A DNA stretch of 31,149 nt. It comes from a virus. Lineage: Duplodnaviria > Caudoviricetes. Below are positions 1-7,154 of this stretch, in pieces (within the stretch, counting starts at the first letter, position 1; each line of letters starts with the position of its first letter). The stretch covers positions 1-31,149 of IMG/VR virus record IMGVR_UViG_3300037467_002027. One strand, given 5' to 3'. Under the pieces are notes generated by a model, which was not told the origin of the DNA, made no database searches, and saw only the letters and a list, made by a program, of their open reading frames with translations. Made by a program: the position numbers and the translations under genes.

Positions 1-80
1 GCCATCCACGTAGAGGTGGCCGCCGACTTCGGTAAGCGCATCGAGCTTCGCGCTGCCATACACGTAGAGGTGGCCGCCGA
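1..80. repeat. 54-nt-period coding direct repeat (1-26 and 55-80)
   Basis: gccatccacgtagaggtggccgccga vs gccatacacgtagaggtggccgccga, one mismatch; corresponds to an 18-aa repeat on the - strand. Confidence 0.9.
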
Positions 81-453
81 AAACTGGCGGCAAGGTTACT
101 GGTGCACCATTTTTAATCGCAGTATTCCAAACGTCGCACCATTTCTTAGTATCCGCAAAATGCGTGTCCAGATACTTGCCGGTTTTGATCGCTTCATTTA
201 GCCGCCGATAGTGCTCCCGGATTCGCTTAACTAAAGGCTCTGGACATTCACCAATGTTGCGAATCAATTTTGAATCGGATGGCAATTCGCCTTCTCCGTT
301 CCATTCGGCCTCAAAAATAAGCGTCTGTCGGTTCGGCTCATTTTCACGCCACCCCGCAGCCGCAATGCTTTCGGAATGGGAATTTGAGGGAAGGTGCGCG
401 CATTGGATGTCCTGGCCTACCATGCGCCATGCGGTGCTATGAAAATCACACAC
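1..453 (-). CDS. Repeat-containing phage protein (LRR-like GGxLxV repeats), 3'-truncated by the window edge; absent from the ORF track
   Basis: Manual translation from GTG at 453, which overlaps the end of the upstream ORF: MCDFHSTAWRMVGQDIQCAHLPSNSHSE...PPVFGGHLYVYGSAKLDALTEVGGHLYVDG. The frame is open to base 1. Confidence 0.75.
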   Translation of the reverse strand, partial: MCDFHSTAWRMVGQDIQCAHLPSNSHSESIAAAGWRENEPNRQTLIFEAEWNGEGELPSDSKLIRNIGECPEPLVKRIREHYRRLNEAIKTGKYLDTHFADTKKWCDVWNTAIKNGAPVTLPPVFGGHLYVYGSAKLDALTEVGGHLYVDG

Positions 454-730
454 TGGCCACCCCGCTTTCGTTTTCGAGTGCCGCTAGTTCGGCGCGAAGG
501 CTGGAACTCCCATTGAAAATCGCGATTCTCCGCGAGCAATCAAGCCTGCTAAATCCGGGCTTGTTTTCCAACGCCCACCGCTCCCACCGACCGAAGCCGT
601 CTGGGAATCGGAAGTAGGGTCCGCAATCGGAAAGGCTTGATCGAGTGTATTCTTTTAGGCGCCCCGAATTGACCATCTCCTGTCCAAAATGCCACTCAGT
701 CGCCACTTGTTCTGTTTGTTCGGTATTCAT
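446..730 (-). CDS. Hypothetical early protein (94 aa)
   Basis: ATG start; tightly packed in the leftward early operon. Confidence 0.65.
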   Translation of the reverse strand: MNTEQTEQVATEWHFGQEMVNSGRLKEYTRSSLSDCGPYFRFPDGFGRWERWALENKPGFSRLDCSRRIAIFNGSSSLRAELAALENESGVASV

Positions 731-744
731 GGTTTGAGGTTACT

Positions 745-948
745 TCAATCTTGGGTTGTGGTTTTCTCTTGGCCCTTGACGATCTTCTCGCCCTTCGTCC
801 GAATGAGCGTTTCAAGTTCGGACTTGCTGCCGAAGAAACAGCCGCCCATTCGGTAGAATGGCAAAGACCAGCTTTCAAGCGTTTTGGCGTCCACGCCTAC
901 TTCGGCGCGCGCCTTACTCTTCCTAAAGAGGTCAAATCCTTGAGGCAT
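745..948 (-). CDS. Small HTH protein, excisionase-like
   Basis: LFRKSKARAEVGVDAKTLESWSLPFYRMGGCFFGSKSELETLI resembles the MerR/Xis winged-helix pattern. Confidence 0.55.
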   Translation of the reverse strand: MPQGFDLFRKSKARAEVGVDAKTLESWSLPFYRMGGCFFGSKSELETLIRTKGEKIVKGQEKTTTQD

Positions 949-951
949 AAA

Positions 952-1125
952 TCAATCGGCTGTTTCGTCTTGGATTTCCAAACCGACAAGAGCGCAGGCC
1001 ATGACCCCAAATTTGCTAGACCGTATGACCTGCCGAAGTTCTTCGGCTTTGGCGTAAAGTTCCTTTTGGTCATTTTCTGGAAGCGTGGAAATAATTCCGC
1101 GCAATTGAAGTTGATCGTTGCTCAT
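952..1125 (-). CDS. Hypothetical protein (57 aa), below the ORF-track cutoff
   Basis: Manual translation MSNDQLQLRGIISTLPENDQKELYAKAEELRQVIRSSKFGVMACALVGLEIQDETAD*; fills the gap in the operon. Confidence 0.65.
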   Translation of the reverse strand: MSNDQLQLRGIISTLPENDQKELYAKAEELRQVIRSSKFGVMACALVGLEIQDETAD

Positions 1126-1264
1126 ACTTAAGCTGCGGTTTGAGGTTTACGGGCGGGATGCGCGGAAACAATTTCTCTGGCTCGCTCCCTGAATAAACCG
1201 GACTCATTTTGATGACGGGCCCCGTCGCGTCGATGTGATGAACTCTGAATTTTGCTCTTACCAT
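1070..1264 (-). pseudogene. Probable 5' fragment of a small phage protein (MVRAKF...PVYSGSE type)
   Basis: MVRAKFRVHHIDATGPVIKMSPVYSGSE resembles a small phage family I recall; the resemblance ends after SGSE (~1180), where a duplicated gene end begins. Confidence 0.45.
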
Positions 1265-1324
1265 TGGTTTGATTTCCGAGCGCGCGGAATTGCGTGTTAT
1301 CGAAAGCAATTAAAGCGAAAGGGA

Positions 1325-1708
1325 TCACGCTGCCACCTGCGGCTTTCTGATTGGATGCGCGCAAGTCCTGGCGCACATTCCAGAGCGGCGGGGACGGCGC
1401 GCTTCAAATTCGTCGCCTTCAGCGAATGAAAGAGCCGGGATCGCCACTGCGAAAAAGAACATGGCGAAGCGCGCAGTCTTTTGAGAATTCAACGCAGCTT
1501 TGAATGCCAGTGCCGTCTGCGTCCGCAGTGCTTCGGCGCGCATGGCGAGAGCGCGACGGCAAAACTCATTCACGCTTTCGCCAACTTCAGATGCGAGGCG
1601 ACAAAGGAATTGTTCGGCCTCGAATGTCAGCGTGACGCTGCGGTTGATTTTGTTCGGGCCGACCGGATGCGTGTTCGGAGAGCAACGTTTGACCAGTTGG
1701 GCGTTCAT
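1325..1708 (-). CDS. Ribbon-helix-helix-like regulator with hydrophobic segment and Arg-rich tail
   Basis: NRSVTLTFEAEQFLCRLASEVGESVNEFCRRAL is an Arc/CopG-like pattern; ATG at 1708 overlaps the HNH stop (ATGA). Confidence 0.6.
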   Translation of the reverse strand: MNAQLVKRCSPNTHPVGPNKINRSVTLTFEAEQFLCRLASEVGESVNEFCRRALAMRAEALRTQTALAFKAALNSQKTARFAMFFFAVAIPALSFAEGDEFEARRPRRSGMCARTCAHPIRKPQVAA

Positions 1709-2229
1709 TTCGATTCCCCCAACTTCTTCTCGCAACGATCCAAAGCGATTTCGAGTTCAGCCGGATAGCAGGCCCGACTTCCCGCTTCAAAATTCAACCT
1801 GCAAAACTCACCAAATAGCCGTTCAGCGCAAACGTCGTATGCCAAAGCCGCTGATATTTCAGATTTAAAAGCACCCAGATAAATCTGCTTCTCTCCGTCC
1901 CAAATGGCCGCATAAAAGCTTCCCCATCTGTTTACTACGCCCTTGTATTTACTTGTGGCAGTCGCGACTTTTTTTGCGTTTCGCGCGTTCTGGCTGTGAT
2001 TGCAGGCACGGAGGTTTTCACGTCGATTATCAAGTCCGTTGCCATTGCGATGATCGACTATCTTCGCGCCCGGAATGAGTAGCACGTGAAGCCTTTTAAC
2101 GGTTTCTCCGACGTGCGTTTGAGCGTAGAAGGTGTGCCTATGGCGAACGACCGACCACGTTCTACAGAGCACCGACTCCGCATCCGATTCATCAAATAAA
2201 ATTTGATGTCCGGCGACTTCTATTTTCAT
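1705..2229 (-). CDS. HNH endonuclease with C-terminal AP2 domain (homing endonuclease type)
   Basis: RLHVLL...VDHRNGNGLDNRRENLRACNHSQN (HNH) plus SKYKGV...AAIWDGEKQIYLGAFKSEISAALAYD (AP2); likely start MKIEV at 2229. Confidence 0.93.
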   Translation of the reverse strand: MKIEVAGHQILFDESDAESVLCRTWSVVRHRHTFYAQTHVGETVKRLHVLLIPGAKIVDHRNGNGLDNRRENLRACNHSQNARNAKKVATATSKYKGVVNRWGSFYAAIWDGEKQIYLGAFKSEISAALAYDVCAERLFGEFCRLNFEAGSRACYPAELEIALDRCEKKLGESK

Positions 2230-2362
2230 GTGACTTGATGATTTGAAAACACCGCGCGACGAAGCCCCTGCCGTCACCAAGTCACTAGAAACCGGAGGTC
2301 TGCTTTCGCGCGCGGTGTTAAAGGTTGATTGCATCGACTTGGTGAAAATTGGGGTTCGCTTG

Positions 2363-2557
2363 TTAAGACTTGTTAAGGGCTGGCGAAATTTTTTTGGCGG
2401 TGGTTTGCTTGCGAGCGATGAAAGATTTTTTTATCGTCGGAAGCGCGCGGCGAAGGCATTCGCGGGCGATCTCGCTTCGATCAAACGGAAACAAGTCGCG
2501 TTCGGCCCTCAAAAGTTCCTTTTCGATTTCGTCGGTTAATCGAACTGAAAGTGTCAT
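2363..2557 (-). CDS. CopG/RHH transcriptional regulator in the Cro position
   Basis: TLSVRLTDEIEKELL...DRSEIARECLRRAL is a ribbon-helix-helix signature; first gene of the early operon. Confidence 0.8.
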   Translation of the reverse strand: MTLSVRLTDEIEKELLRAERDLFPFDRSEIARECLRRALPTIKKSFIARKQTTAKKISPALNKS

Positions 2558-2565
2558 CTGGGCGC

Positions 2566-2626
2566 AGTGTCGGACATGTCAGACTGTCTGACAAGAAAAA
2601 TCTTTCATCCGTCAGACTGTGCGACA
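2566..2626. promoter_or_regulatory. Divergent switch region: leftward sigma70-type promoter overlapped by TGTCnGAC operator repeats
   Basis: - strand TTGTCA (2594-2589), 17 nt, GACACT (2571-2566), 8 nt before the ATG. Palindrome TGTCAGAC-T-GTCTGACA at 2577-2593, extra unit TGTCGGACA at 2568-2576, second site GTCAGACTGTGCGACA at 2611-2626. Confidence 0.75.
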
Positions 2627-2665
2627 TGCTGAATGCGCGGTTCACCCTTTATTTACCGAGGGATT

Positions 2666-2730
2666 ATGAGATTTAAAAAAAGTGAAAAAAAATTGCAGGA
2701 CAGGCTCACGGTGCGGATCGGAAAGCGAGA
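2666..2730 (+). pseudogene. N-terminal stub of a probable RHH repressor
   Basis: MRFKKSEKKLQDRLTVRIGK looks like an RHH beta-strand, divergent from the Cro-position gene; it then runs out of frame into integrase sequence. Confidence 0.45.
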
Positions 2731-3288
2731 TTCCGACATTCGAGGCGCGGCTATTGCGCCCAGAACCCCGCCAGAGCCATCGAGCGGCCCGCCAACGACG
2801 ATATGCCGCGAGGGATTCTCACCGTAACACGGGTCAAGGAATTGTTAAAATGGGTTCGCACAAACGATCCTGGCATGTTGCCGTGTATTTGCCTGACGTT
2901 GTTCGCGGGCATCCGCCCAGACGAAGCGCGTTGGCTTTCGGCTGATGATTTCAAGGGGAAGGAGATTGTCATCGGTGGCGAGTTCGCGAAGGGAAGGGCG
3001 CGGCGCGTCATCGAAATGAATCCGACGCTGAAGAAGTGGCTGGCGGTCGGCGGGGAGATTCCGCCCAAAGAGGAAAACTTCAAGGAACGAATCGAGCGCA
3101 TCCATAAAGCCATTCAGCCATGGCCGCACGATTGCTTGCGTCACTCGTTCGTCTCGTATCGATGCGCCATTGCCGGAATCAAAACGACTGCCCAAGAGGC
3201 CGCGCATTCAGAGGACACTTTACTTCGCCACTACCGCGCGCTAGTAACGCGAGAGGAAGCGGAGAAGTTTTGGGCGATAAGGCCGTGA
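2731..3288 (+). pseudogene. int: Tyrosine recombinase/integrase, catalytic domain only (N-terminally truncated; ATG-started ORF is 2803-3288)
   Basis: FAGIRPDEA, AKGR, HDCLRHSFVSY, AAHS and RHYR catalytic motifs. In-frame upstream RRGYCAQNPARAIERP resembles the end of a core-binding domain; the frame is closed by TGA at 2683-2685. Confidence 0.85.
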
Positions 3289-3291
3289 ATT

Positions 3292-3444
3292 ATGAACGAT
3301 AGCGAATATTTTGCGCGCAAAGAAATGTTCCGCGATCAAGAAATTGTTTATCGAAGCGTGCGTGCGCATCGAATCATGTATTGCCCGTTTTGCGAATACC
3401 GACAGCCCGCATCAGCCGCGCTTTTAATTGTGATTACCGCATGA
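3292..3444 (+). CDS. Possible small protein (50 aa) with a CPFC motif
   Basis: Manual translation MNDSEYFARKEMFRDQEIVYRSVRAHRIMYCPFCEYRQPA...; starts 3 nt after the integrase stop. Confidence 0.3.
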   Translation: MNDSEYFARKEMFRDQEIVYRSVRAHRIMYCPFCEYRQPASAALLIVITA

Positions 3445-3481
3445 CCATACCAAAGAAGTATGCTCGAAAACGAAATAGTTG

Positions 3482-3509
3482 TTGCAATACCCAAGCGTTT
3501 TGGTATCTT
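3482..3509 (+). promoter_or_regulatory. sigma70-type promoter with overlapping imperfect palindrome
   Basis: TTGCAA, 16 nt, TATCTT with extended -10 TG at 3501-3502; ATACCCAAGCGTTTTGGTAT (3487-3506) is an imperfect inverted repeat. Confidence 0.6.
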
Positions 3510-3576
3510 CACCGCGTAATCAATGACGGTTACAGACCGGGCGCCGGGTGACGGGGCGCAGATCGAAAAATAGACG

Positions 3577-3855
3577 ATGAAAGAAATGAGCTTCAAACTG
3601 ACCGGTTCATCGGTCGAACGTTCCACCGAAAAAGCGATCCTCGTCAAAGCCGCTCGCGAGGATGGAGAAGGCTGGGTCAAAATCTGGATGCCAAAATCAC
3701 AAACCGAAGTAACCGAAAACGGTCGGGTTCTTTGCACGGCATGGATTCTTGAGCAGAAAGAAAACGAAGTCCGCTGCCGAATCGAAGCGGATGATTTAAA
3801 GAGGACCGAGATGGTTGGAGTCCCAACCTTCGTAATGGATTCGAGCCTTAACTGA
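3577..3855 (+). CDS. Phage hypothetical protein (TEKAIL...WxPKSQ type)
   Basis: Motifs STEKAILV and IWMPKSQ recalled from small phage proteins; first gene after the promoter. Confidence 0.75.
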   Translation: MKEMSFKLTGSSVERSTEKAILVKAAREDGEGWVKIWMPKSQTEVTENGRVLCTAWILEQKENEVRCRIEADDLKRTEMVGVPTFVMDSSLN

Positions 3856-3864
3856 AGAAAACCC

Positions 3865-4332
3865 ATGAAAGAAGAAATTCTTTACGTTCAATCGAACTCA
3901 GGAACGACCGTCTTGATTCGCGATGAGAAGCTGGCGGTCAAAGCCGCGCAATCAAATGGAACGGTATGCGAGCGCGAATGTTTTGCGGATTATGAGGGCC
4001 GCCCCGCCAAGCCCGTCTATTTTTGGAAGGGAGGTTTCGGACATTGGGTGGGCATCAATCCAGAAACAGCAATAGTGGATAATGGAGCTTGCCTTCGTGA
4101 CCTCCTGACCAGACTTCGCGGAAATGAACCGGTCTATGTTCCGAAAATGATTCGCGAACAGGAGATGCATGATCAGGCGAAGCAATTGGTTTATAATTGG
4201 GCAATGGTGACGGGCCGAACAGGCAAGCAGCACGCGCAGACGAGGCGCGGCAAAATCCAAAAGCTGATGAAAAACGGGATGACTTCCGAATATGCGCTCC
4301 GCCTTATGCGCGAAGCCGGAATCCGGGAGTAA
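3865..4332 (+). CDS. Hypothetical protein (155 aa)
   Basis: ATG start 9 nt after the previous stop; operon packing. Confidence 0.7.
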   Translation: MKEEILYVQSNSGTTVLIRDEKLAVKAAQSNGTVCERECFADYEGRPAKPVYFWKGGFGHWVGINPETAIVDNGACLRDLLTRLRGNEPVYVPKMIREQEMHDQAKQLVYNWAMVTGRTGKQHAQTRRGKIQKLMKNGMTSEYALRLMREAGIRE

Positions 4333-4340
4333 CTAGCAAA

Positions 4341-4469
4341 ATGAAAACAAACCAAGCCGCAGCAACGCTCGGCAAGCTCGGCGGTTCTGTAAAATCGAAA
4401 GCCAAAGCTGAAGCCGCGCGCCTGAACGGAAAAAAAGGCGGATGGCCGAAGGGGAGAAAGAGAAAATGA
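4341..4469 (+). CDS. Small basic KGG-motif protein, putative DNA binding
   Basis: MKTNQAAATLGKLGGSVKSKAKAEAARLNGKKGGWPKGRKRK; ATG at 4341. Confidence 0.75.
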   Translation: MKTNQAAATLGKLGGSVKSKAKAEAARLNGKKGGWPKGRKRK

Positions 4470-4621
4470 GAGTTAAGATTTTTAGCATTGCGCCAGAGCA
4501 TCCGAGAAGAAAAAGGCGGGAGAATAGCCAGCCAACTCCGCCAGTTCCGCACCCGACCCAACAAATACCCGAACCGCCAAGGCCGAAGTATGAGTTTTCG
4601 CCAAAGTGCAAACCGGAATGA
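4466..4621 (+). CDS. Possible small Pro-rich protein (51 aa)
   Basis: ATGA overlap with the previous gene; MRVKIFSIAPEHPRRKRRENSQPTPPVPHP...; fills the gap to 4625. Confidence 0.4.
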   Translation: MRVKIFSIAPEHPRRKRRENSQPTPPVPHPTQQIPEPPRPKYEFSPKCKPE

Positions 4622-4624
4622 AGT

Positions 4625-4939
4625 ATGAAGAAATCGCGAAAGACTAAGCCGCAGAAATCCGAGCCGAAATACACGCTGGAAATCACCGTCAAGGATGAGT
4701 CTGGCAAAGTCCTTTTTGGCCACAGGTCAGATGGCAGTTCGTTCTCTTACGATCATCGCGTCAAGGAATATCAATTCACGCCCGCGAGCTTCACTAATGA
4801 TGAGCATGGCGTGAATCAAACGACATGGGAAACGACGCTTCAAATCGGCGCGCAGACTGTGAGCTTTGAGAGTGTTCGCATTGATGCGGGAGAGATGTTG
4901 CCATTCAGGAACGGGACGCAATACGGTCGCGGTTGTTAA
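4625..4939 (+). CDS. Hypothetical protein (104 aa)
   Basis: ATG start; last gene of the rightward cassette. Confidence 0.65.
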   Translation: MKKSRKTKPQKSEPKYTLEITVKDESGKVLFGHRSDGSSFSYDHRVKEYQFTPASFTNDEHGVNQTTWETTLQIGAQTVSFESVRIDAGEMLPFRNGTQYGRGC

Positions 4940-5123
4940 AGGGAATGGCCTCCTTTAATAAGGATCGCTTCACTTCACCCGATAAAACCAGCAAGCCTTT
5001 TCCGTTCTCGTTAATGAATCTTCGGCGTTCGGCTTTTCCGCGCTTGATGTGGTCGTTCAATTTCTTATTCGCTCCGGCGCTTGGGATATGGCTTCTCAAG
5101 GCGAGAGCAGGCTTGAATAACGG

Positions 5124-5152
5124 AAAAACGCACACGATTCCCGCCGTGTGCG
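5124..5152 (-). terminator. Rho-independent terminator of the late operon
   Basis: 8-bp stem CGCACACG/CGTGTGCG (5129-5136, 5145-5152) followed on the - strand by TTTTT. Confidence 0.7.
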
Positions 5153-5247
5153 CGCGTCGGCTTAATGCCGCCGTTTCGCGTTACTTGGTCACTGCGAAAG
5201 TTTTGCCAGCCTCAGCCATTCAATGAACCAAGCTGAGTCCCACCAAT

Positions 5248-5565
5248 TCACGGGAACGCTTTGACGCCGATAACCGCTCCTTCAATTGCTTCCTTGGCGA
5301 TCTCAGGAATGTTGTTTGTTGCCATTTGTGAGAGTGAACCGATGCGCGAGTATTGCATCATGTTAGTCATCGAATGAGACGCTTGAGTGACAGACGACTT
5401 GGCTAGGTCGGACTTTGCTGAAGCGAATGTTCGGATGACGACGCGCGTTGTCGCCTGTCGCACGATGTTCGTGCCTGAGTAGAACGTGTCTACCTGGACC
5501 GTTTTGTATGTCGCGCAGCCCGACAATAGACAAAACGCGACTAGACAAATCTTGTCTATTTTCAT
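5248..5565 (-). CDS. Lipoprotein in the lysis region (o-spanin position)
   Basis: MKIDKICLVAFCLLSG-C lipobox. Confidence 0.75.
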   Translation of the reverse strand: MKIDKICLVAFCLLSGCATYKTVQVDTFYSGTNIVRQATTRVVIRTFASAKSDLAKSSVTQASHSMTNMMQYSRIGSLSQMATNNIPEIAKEAIEGAVIGVKAFP

Positions 5566-6017
5566 TGGAGCATCGCCAACCCCTCACTAATTCCGTCCCG
5601 AATTGCGAGGGCAAAAGGCTTGGCGTTTGTGTAGTTGGCGGACGAAACAACTGTGCCGCTACCCGGCGCGAGTTTTTCCACCGTCACGGCATCCGAAACA
5701 GCAAGACGACCAGAAGGCGTTTTGATTTCCTTGATTTTGAACGTTTGGAGAATTGCGGCCAATTCATCTACAGTCACACTGTCCTTCGATACCAGGATCG
5801 TTAAATCCGCGATTGCCTGCTGAAAGTCTGCGATAAGTTTCGGTTCAGACTTGCAAGCGTAGTACGTTCCGTCCTTCGCGACGACTTCAGCCACGACCGG
5901 CCCAGCTTCGAGAACGAGTGCGTTTTGATTTTTGAGCGATGAGCATCCAGTGAGCCAAACGCAAAATGCGATGCCGAGAATGCCGATGATTGCTACCGAG
6001 AGTGCTTTTCGTTTCAT
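5562..6017 (-). CDS. Lipoprotein in the lysis region
   Basis: Start reassigned to 6017: MKRKALSVAIIGILGIAFCVWLTG-C lipobox. Confidence 0.75.
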   Translation of the reverse strand: MKRKALSVAIIGILGIAFCVWLTGCSSLKNQNALVLEAGPVVAEVVAKDGTYYACKSEPKLIADFQQAIADLTILVSKDSVTVDELAAILQTFKIKEIKTPSGRLAVSDAVTVEKLAPGSGTVVSSANYTNAKPFALAIRDGISEGLAMLQ

Positions 6018-6021
6018 GGGT

Positions 6022-6270
6022 TTACTTTCCCGATGGACGTTTGTCCAAGCCTTTTTCGGCCAGCATGGCTGTAATGTCATCGATGTGGAGGCAGTCGCAC
6101 ATGCATGCGCCTACCAACTGTGTGCTGATGGGGGCGATACTGCCGTTGCAAAAATCGTTTCCGGGAACAGCGTTGTGGAGAACGCCAACCGCGATGATTG
6201 ATTTTCCATCAAAACCGAGACTGACAATCGTGTCCCCGTTTTTTGCCTCTCGGCCATTTCTGTAATGCAT
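6022..6270 (-). CDS. Phage hypothetical protein (MHYRNGREAKNGD type)
   Basis: Start reassigned to 6270; motifs MHYRNGREAKNGD, NDFCNG, ACMCDCLHIDD. Confidence 0.8.
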   Translation of the reverse strand: MHYRNGREAKNGDTIVSLGFDGKSIIAVGVLHNAVPGNDFCNGSIAPISTQLVGACMCDCLHIDDITAMLAEKGLDKRPSGK

Positions 6271-6272
6271 AT

Positions 6273-6506
6273 TTAGTTTCCTTTCTTTAAATCGATGTCG
6301 GCTTGAATGGCTGGCAATGGCGATTGCTTCAGGTAGGCAAACGCGCCTACAATGCCAGCGCATGCGGCCATCTTGAGCAAGTCATGCAGGCCCGCGCCAA
6401 AATTGAACACGTCCGGCTTGATAACGACCGAACACGCCGCCGACGCCGCGCCCGTAATGAACGCGCTTAAAAGGCCGTGTAGCCAAAATTTCCAGTTTGT
6501 GAGCAT
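6273..6506 (-). CDS. Putative holin (two transmembrane segments)
   Basis: Two hydrophobic helices, C-terminal YLKQSPLP, position after the tail genes. Confidence 0.65.
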   Translation of the reverse strand: MLTNWKFWLHGLLSAFITGAASAACSVVIKPDVFNFGAGLHDLLKMAACAGIVGAFAYLKQSPLPAIQADIDLKKGN

Positions 6507-6512
6507 AAGTTG

Positions 6513-6734
6513 TTAGTCCTTTCTGAAATCGGTTTCGTCGTTGGGCTTCCATCCGTAACGGTATCTGCGAACGCACCAGTCAATTATCCGAAGGAGCGAC
6601 AGCACAATGGCCAGCATTACAGCCGCCTTTGCCATCGTTTCGGATGAAAACAGCCACTTAATGAAATCGTAAAATGTGGCTACGCTGAACGTGCCGAGCA
6701 CAAGCGCGCCGTCAGCTATTGGGTTTTCTTTCAT
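6513..6734 (-). CDS. Small membrane protein (holin/antiholin-like)
   Basis: Hydrophobic segments and charged C-terminus; adjacent to the putative holin. Confidence 0.55.
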   Translation of the reverse strand: MKENPIADGALVLGTFSVATFYDFIKWLFSSETMAKAAVMLAIVLSLLRIIDWCVRRYRYGWKPNDETDFRKD

Positions 6735-6749
6735 AAGAACAAAACAGAA

Positions 6750-7154
6750 TCACTTGAGTCTCACATTGCTCGGGTTCGGGTTGTAAACTTGGATGCCGAC
6801 CCAATCGCTATAATTGCCGTTCGTATCCCGCGCGCTCACGAACAAGTTCCCGTTCTGCCAATTCACTCCCGCCAAAAGCGTTTTGGCATCCAACCGCGTC
6901 ACATTCGGATCGCTCAACACCATCCAGCGAATCACCCCATTTGTGTTCCCGGTATCCGCCGCCCGCGCCGCATCATTCGCCGGCATGTTCGCCGCCGGCG
7001 TCAGCGAATTCACCAGCGCCACATTCCAACCGGTCCGCAACGAATCCACCGGGGCGTCCCATTGCAAAACCGAATGCTGCGTCATCCACACCTGCGGCAA
7101 ATCCGCCATTGCAACGCCCATTACAGCGAGAGCCATCAAGACTTTAAGTTTCAT
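6750..7154 (-). CDS. Signal-peptide protein, beta-sandwich (FN3-like)
   Basis: MKLKVLMALAVMGVAMA-D; LQWDAP...FVSARDTNGNYSDW resembles FN3 strands. Confidence 0.7.
   Translation of the reverse strand: MKLKVLMALAVMGVAMADLPQVWMTQHSVLQWDAPVDSLRTGWNVALVNSLTPAANMPANDAARAADTGNTNGVIRWMVLSDPNVTRLDAKTLLAGVNWQNGNLFVSARDTNGNYSDWVGIQVYNPNPSNVRLK

Noticed and set aside
1-80. Possible CRISPR array (26-nt repeat, 28-nt spacer)
   Set aside because: Only two copies are visible, the period is 54 nt (18 codons) inside an open frame, and there are no cas genes.
3348-4723. - strand ORFs 3348-3866, 3952-4260, 4304-4723, 4333-4707
   Set aside because: They are antisense to the promoter-led + strand cassette.
4905-5226. 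ORFs 4905-5135 (-) and 4933-5226 (+)
   Set aside because: They overlap each other and the terminator hairpin, have weak starts and no motifs; I cannot support either, though a gene remnant is possible.
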